A stretch of 64,000 nt of DNA, from positions 1-64,000 of the forward strand of contig JAWLBL010000013.1 of assembly GCA_041687695.1 (NCBI GenBank), read 5' to 3'. This document shows, one piece after another, positions 60,188-64,000 of the stretch. Numbering within the stretch: position 1 is the first letter of the stretch; the number at the start of each line of letters is the position of its first letter. The notes under the pieces are model-generated. The model saw only the letters and a program-made list of their open reading frames with translations, ran no database searches and was not told the origin of the DNA. The translations under genes and the position numbers were made by a program. Source of the stretch: Myxococcota bacterium (lineage in GTDB: Bacteria; Myxococcota_A; UBA9042; PHBI01; JAWLBL01).

Positions 60188-61678
60188 CTACTTGTAGATG
60201 GCCATCAGCCAGATGAAGGCGACGGCGTTGAGCACGAGCAGCGCCGCGCCGAGCCCCATGAGGACCAGCCCGCGGGTGCGCGAGAGCCGCTCGAGGTCCA
60301 CGTCGGGCGCGGCGAGCGCCCCGTCGGCGCCGGCGGCGGCGAGGGCCTCGAGCTCTTCCTCCTCGGCGAAGGCGCGCATCCGGGCGCGGGTCTCGCGGAC
60401 GTTGCGAGCGACGCCGTCCGCCAAGAAGAGCAGCATCACCAGGAAGACTCCGCCCATGAGGCCCAGCACGCGGGCCTTCTGGCCCGTCTGCGCCCCGGCC
60501 ATGTCCGCCAGCGCGCGCTCGCGCGTCGAGGCGAGGACCCGAGGCGACTGCGGCGGCTCTCGCAGCATCGCCAGCCAATAGCCGGCGGCGATGTCGAGGT
60601 CGGTGCCGTCGGGCGCGACGGCGCTGGTGGGGTGCACGCGGGCCGAGCGCAGGGCGCGCTGTGTCAGCGCCTCGAGCGGCGGCGCTTCGTCGACCACGAT
60701 CGGGGTCGTGGCAAAGGTCTCGCCGGGATCGAGCGGGTGGTCGTAACACTGCAGGCGATAGGTCCCGCGCGGCAGCGGCGCCAGCGAGAGCCGCTCGTCG
60801 TGGCCGCCGACGCGGACGCGCTCGCTCCAGACGAGCACCTGCTGGTCGAGGAGATCGCAGATGACCGTCGGGTCCCGCTCCCAGGTCTTCAGCGTGACCG
60901 TGATGGCCTCGCCCGGGCGCGCGACCGGCGGGTCGGGACGCAGCAGCAGCTGGCGGCCGTAGCTGTAGAGCAGCTCTTCGAGCTGGACGGTGGCCTCGCC
61001 CGCCGTGGCGGTGATCTTCAGGCGCAGGCTGGGCTGGTCGGCGACGACCGACACGCGCGCGAGGCCGCTCGCGTCCGTGCGCCGGGTCACGGCGCCGTCG
61101 GGGAGGGTCGGATGGGCGACGCGCACGGTGGCGTTGACCTGTGGCGTGCCGTCGGGCCGGCGGACGCGCACGAAGACGTCGTTGTCCATCCCGGCGGCGA
61201 GCACGCCGGCCTCCGGCAGCACGTCGATGCGCAGCGGCCGCTCGGTGGGCGGCAGGGCCTCGGGCGGGGCGCCGGGGAGGCCCTCCTGCGACTGGGCCCG
61301 CAGGACCACGATCTCGGCCTCGAGCCGGTCGCGCTGGCCGTCGTCCAAGACCTCGAGGGCGAGCCTGGCGGTGCGGTCGAGCCCCTCGGGGACGTCGAAG
61401 TGAACGATGGCGGGCGACTCGCCGCGGATCCGCGCCTCGACCGGGCGACCGTCCAGGGTCACGGACGCGACGCGGGCCGGGCGGGGTTCGCGGCCCTGGG
61501 CGGTGCGGGCGCTGACGCGGACGGCGGCCGGGAGACCGCTGCGGACCTGCTCGCCGCCGACCAGCAGCCAGGTCGTGACGTCGGGCTGGCGCTCGAGGCC
61601 GAAGTAGACCGCGCCGAGCACCAGCATGGCCGCGACGAACGAGCCGTAGACGGCGATCCGGAACCCGCGGCGGTCCAC
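60188..61678 (-). CDS. Membrane-anchored hypothetical protein with Ig/macroglobulin-like beta domains
   Basis: N-terminal TM, beta-rich middle (VRVRRPDGTP, RTDASGLA, ARPGEAITV), two C-terminal TM helices. Confidence 0.72.
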   Translation of the reverse strand: MDRRGFRIAVYGSFVAAMLVLGAVYFGLERQPDVTTWLLVGGEQVRSGLPAAVRVSARTAQGREPRPARVASVTLDGRPVEARIRGESPAIVHFDVPEGLDRTARLALEVLDDGQRDRLEAEIVVLRAQSQEGLPGAPPEALPPTERPLRIDVLPEAGVLAAGMDNDVFVRVRRPDGTPQVNATVRVAHPTLPDGAVTRRTDASGLARVSVVADQPSLRLKITATAGEATVQLEELLYSYGRQLLLRPDPPVARPGEAITVTLKTWERDPTVICDLLDQQVLVWSERVRVGGHDERLSLAPLPRGTYRLQCYDHPLDPGETFATTPIVVDEAPPLEALTQRALRSARVHPTSAVAPDGTDLDIAAGYWLAMLREPPQSPRVLASTRERALADMAGAQTGQKARVLGLMGGVFLVMLLFLADGVARNVRETRARMRAFAEEEELEALAAAGADGALAAPDVDLERLSRTRGLVLMGLGAALLVLNAVAFIWLMAIYK

Positions 61679-61728
61679 GAGGCGGACCCAGGCCCCCCGC
61701 CGCGGCGTCGAGCGAGGGGAGGGCGCGG

Positions 61729-63144
61729 CTACGACCGCTTCTCCGTGATGCCGATGACCGGCGTCGCCTGGAGGTCCTCGAGCAGCTGCTTGACGGACTT
61801 GTCGAAGTCCTCGCGATGCTCGGCGGCGATGGGGTCGGCCTCGGCCGCGTGCAGGCGCAGCGGGTTCACGAGCCGTCCCTTGTGGCGCAGGCTGAAGAGC
61901 AGCTGGGGCTCGTCGGCCTTGCCGCTCTGGCCGATGGTGCCGATCTCGGTCTTCTGGTGGATGTGGGCGCCCACCTTGATGCCGCGGCCCAGCTTGCCCA
62001 GGTGGCCGTAGGTGCTGGTGTAGCCGTTGTCGTGCTTGATGGTGACGGTGGTTCCGAGCGTGCCGCTGTCACCCACGAAGGCGACCGTGCCGCCGGCGAC
62101 CGCCCAGACGGGCGTGCCGGCCTTGGCGGTATAGACGACCGGCGAGGCCTTCTTGAGGTTCGCGCGGATGCCGCTGGTCGCGCCGGCGCTGACGCGCGTG
62201 TACTTGAGCGGGCTCTTGAGGAAGTCCTTGCGGGCCGCGCGACCGTCGGCCGTGTAGTAGCCTTCGTTGCCGTCGGGGTCGCGGTAGTGGACCAGGCGGT
62301 GGCGGCCGAACTTGCCGTTGTACTCGGCGCCCAGGACGCGGCCGTACTTGAGGAACTTACCGTCGACGGAGATCTTCTCGACGATGACCCGCAGCTCGTC
62401 GCCGGTGCGGACGTCCTGGAAGAAGTCGACGTCCCAGGCGAACAGATCGATGAAGATGCTGGCGAGCTGGCTGCCCTCGCCGCAGCGGGTCAGCGACTCG
62501 TACAGGCTGGACTTGATGGCGCAGCCGATGCGAGCCAACTCGACGCGGGTCGGCACGGCCTTCTTGCGCGCCTCGTAGGAGCCCGTCGAGGCGAGGGCGA
62601 CCTCGTAGACGTCCAGCGGCGACTGGACGTAGGTGAACTTGCGGACCTGGCCCTCGTCGTCGACCCAGGCCTCGAAGGTGTTGCCGACCTGCGCGCTGCG
62701 GAAGTCGAAGACCTCCTCCATGGCGCGGACGAGCGGCAGGGCCGTCCGGCTGTCGATGCCCTCTTGCTGCAAGGCCTTGAGGACCGTCTGGCCCCTCTTC
62801 AGCTTGCCCGCGACCTTGCGTCCGACCGGCTCGCCGAAGTCGTCGCGCTCCTCGGGGGTGCCGCGCAGCTCGGGCGCCGCGCCCGGGGCCGCCGGGGCGT
62901 CGAGGCCGGGCGCGCCGGGGGCGGGCACCTGGACGGGGCCTGGGCCGACCGCGTTGCTGGGCGCCTGGATGCGCTCCTCGAGGGTCGGCGGGGCTACGTC
63001 ACCGGAATCATGGAAAAAGAGGAAATAATTGACCGTGCACAGGGCCAGCACGACAATCGCTGCGCTCCCCTTGGACGGGCCCGGCCCGCGGCGGCGGCCG
63101 CGGCGGTTTCCGTTTCGGACGAGCATAGGCTTGTCGAGGTACAT
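61729..63144 (-). CDS. M23/LytM-family protein (MepM-like architecture), catalytically degenerate
   Basis: FAWDVDFF, FLKSPLKYTRVS, GTPVWAVAGG, IKHDNGYTSTYGHL, VNPL; HxxxD and HxH zinc motifs are replaced. Confidence 0.88.
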   Translation of the reverse strand: MYLDKPMLVRNGNRRGRRRGPGPSKGSAAIVVLALCTVNYFLFFHDSGDVAPPTLEERIQAPSNAVGPGPVQVPAPGAPGLDAPAAPGAAPELRGTPEERDDFGEPVGRKVAGKLKRGQTVLKALQQEGIDSRTALPLVRAMEEVFDFRSAQVGNTFEAWVDDEGQVRKFTYVQSPLDVYEVALASTGSYEARKKAVPTRVELARIGCAIKSSLYESLTRCGEGSQLASIFIDLFAWDVDFFQDVRTGDELRVIVEKISVDGKFLKYGRVLGAEYNGKFGRHRLVHYRDPDGNEGYYTADGRAARKDFLKSPLKYTRVSAGATSGIRANLKKASPVVYTAKAGTPVWAVAGGTVAFVGDSGTLGTTVTIKHDNGYTSTYGHLGKLGRGIKVGAHIHQKTEIGTIGQSGKADEPQLLFSLRHKGRLVNPLRLHAAEADPIAAEHREDFDKSVKQLLEDLQATPVIGITEKRS

Positions 63145-63238
63145 CGGCTGACTTCCCGATCTCCGTCTGGTGTCTCGACGCCCGCTGGGGCCGGATGGCT
63201 CCGGTCCGAGGGGGCGGCCGCGCTGAGGCGTGAGGTGG

Positions 63239-63268
63239 CGAGTAGCATGCGGGTTTTGAGGGTGTCAA
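63239..63268 (-). promoter_or_regulatory. Probable sigma70-type promoter of the M23 gene
   Basis: Minus strand: perfect TTGACA, 18 bp, TACTCG with a TGn extension. Confidence 0.5.
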
Positions 63269-63284
63269 CCCGTAGCTGAGCGCC

Positions 63285-64000
63285 TCAGGCGGCGGGACTG
63301 TCACCACGACTGAGCCGGATCGCAAGCTCTAGAGCGCGGATCATGCTGGTCGGGTCGGCCACGCCGCGCCCGGCGATGTCCCAGGCCGGGCCGTGGTCGG
63401 GGCTGGTCCGGGGGCGCGGCAGGCCGAGAGTGACGTTCACGCCGTCGGCGAAGTGCAGGAGTTTGAACGGGATCAGCGCCTGGTCGTGGTAGCCGCAGAC
63501 CACCGCGTCGAAGGCCCCCTCGTGGACGGCCTTGTGGAACACGGTGTCGGGTGACCAAGGGCCCGAGGCGTCAATATCAGCCTCTTGCAGTGCGGAAACC
63601 GCTGGTTTCATCAGGCGTTCTTCCTCGTCGCCGAAGAGCCCGCCGTCGCCCGCGTGCGGGTTGAGCCCCGCGAAGGCCAGGCGAGGCCGGGCGATTCCGA
63701 AGCCGCGACGCAGGGATCGGTCGACGAGCCGGCCGATCCGGACGAGCTCGTCCACCGTGAGCAGCGCTGCGACGTCGCGCAGGGCGACGTGGGTCGTCAC
63801 CGGGACGACGCGCAGGCGCGGCCCCGCCAGCATCATCGCGAAGTCGTGGGTGTTGAGCCGCTGGGCGTACAACTCGGTGTGCCCGGGGAACTCGCCGCCG
63901 AAGGTCGCCTTGCCCACGGGCCCCGTGACCACGGCGTCGATGGCGCCGGTGGCGAGGTCGGCGGCGGAGCGCTCGATGGCCTCGCGGGCCGCGCCCGGGC
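63285..64000 (-). CDS. pdxA: 4-hydroxythreonine-4-phosphate dehydrogenase PdxA (5' end outside the window)
   Basis: VTGPVGK, FPGHTE, VTTHVAL, GLNPHAGDGG, YHDQALIPFK, NVTLGLP, RTSPDHG. Confidence 0.95.
   Translation of the reverse strand, partial: PGAAREAIERSAADLATGAIDAVVTGPVGKATFGGEFPGHTELYAQRLNTHDFAMMLAGPRLRVVPVTTHVALRDVAALLTVDELVRIGRLVDRSLRRGFGIARPRLAFAGLNPHAGDGGLFGDEEERLMKPAVSALQEADIDASGPWSPDTVFHKAVHEGAFDAVVCGYHDQALIPFKLLHFADGVNVTLGLPRPRTSPDHGPAWDIAGRGVADPTSMIRALELAIRLSRGDSPAA

Overview
A very GC-rich bacterial chromosomal segment, most consistent with a Myxococcota/deltaproteobacterial lineage (Tgl, GltJ-like, bactofilin, Cys-rich lipoproteins, split ATP synthase operon); this assignment is inference from gene content. 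It is mostly core genes: a division/cell-wall (dcw) operon on the minus strand (mraZ-rsmH-ftsL-tgl-ftsI-murE-murF-mraY-ftsW-murG-ftsQ-ftsA-ftsZ, without murD/murC/murB/ddl), mepA, a GlnR-like regulator plus a glutamine-synthetase-family gene, ahpC-ahpD, a GldAFG-like ABC system with a DUF4340 protein, bactofilin, the b'-b-delta-alpha-gamma-beta-epsilon ATP synthase genes, four large Cys-rich lipoproteins, a phasin-like gene, a CPBP protease, a LysM protein, gyrB with a DnaD-like/DnaC-like pair, a degenerate M23 protein and a partial pdxA. I saw no rRNA, tRNA, transposase, integrase, reverse transcriptase or CRISPR array. The most notable signals are: a Tgl-like pilotin coupled between ftsL and ftsI; DnaA-, NrdR- and MraZ-like boxes together upstream of the dcw operon; a candidate helicase-loader pair behind gyrB; an atypical GlnR next to a GS lacking the NRS motif; a 1.2-kb REP-like mosaic with inverted microsatellite arms; a head-to-head iteron-like array; a TGACGC operator array upstream of the phasin; and a low-GC C-type-lectin-fold tip on a Cys-rich stalk. 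All product calls are from motifs read by eye; no searches were run.
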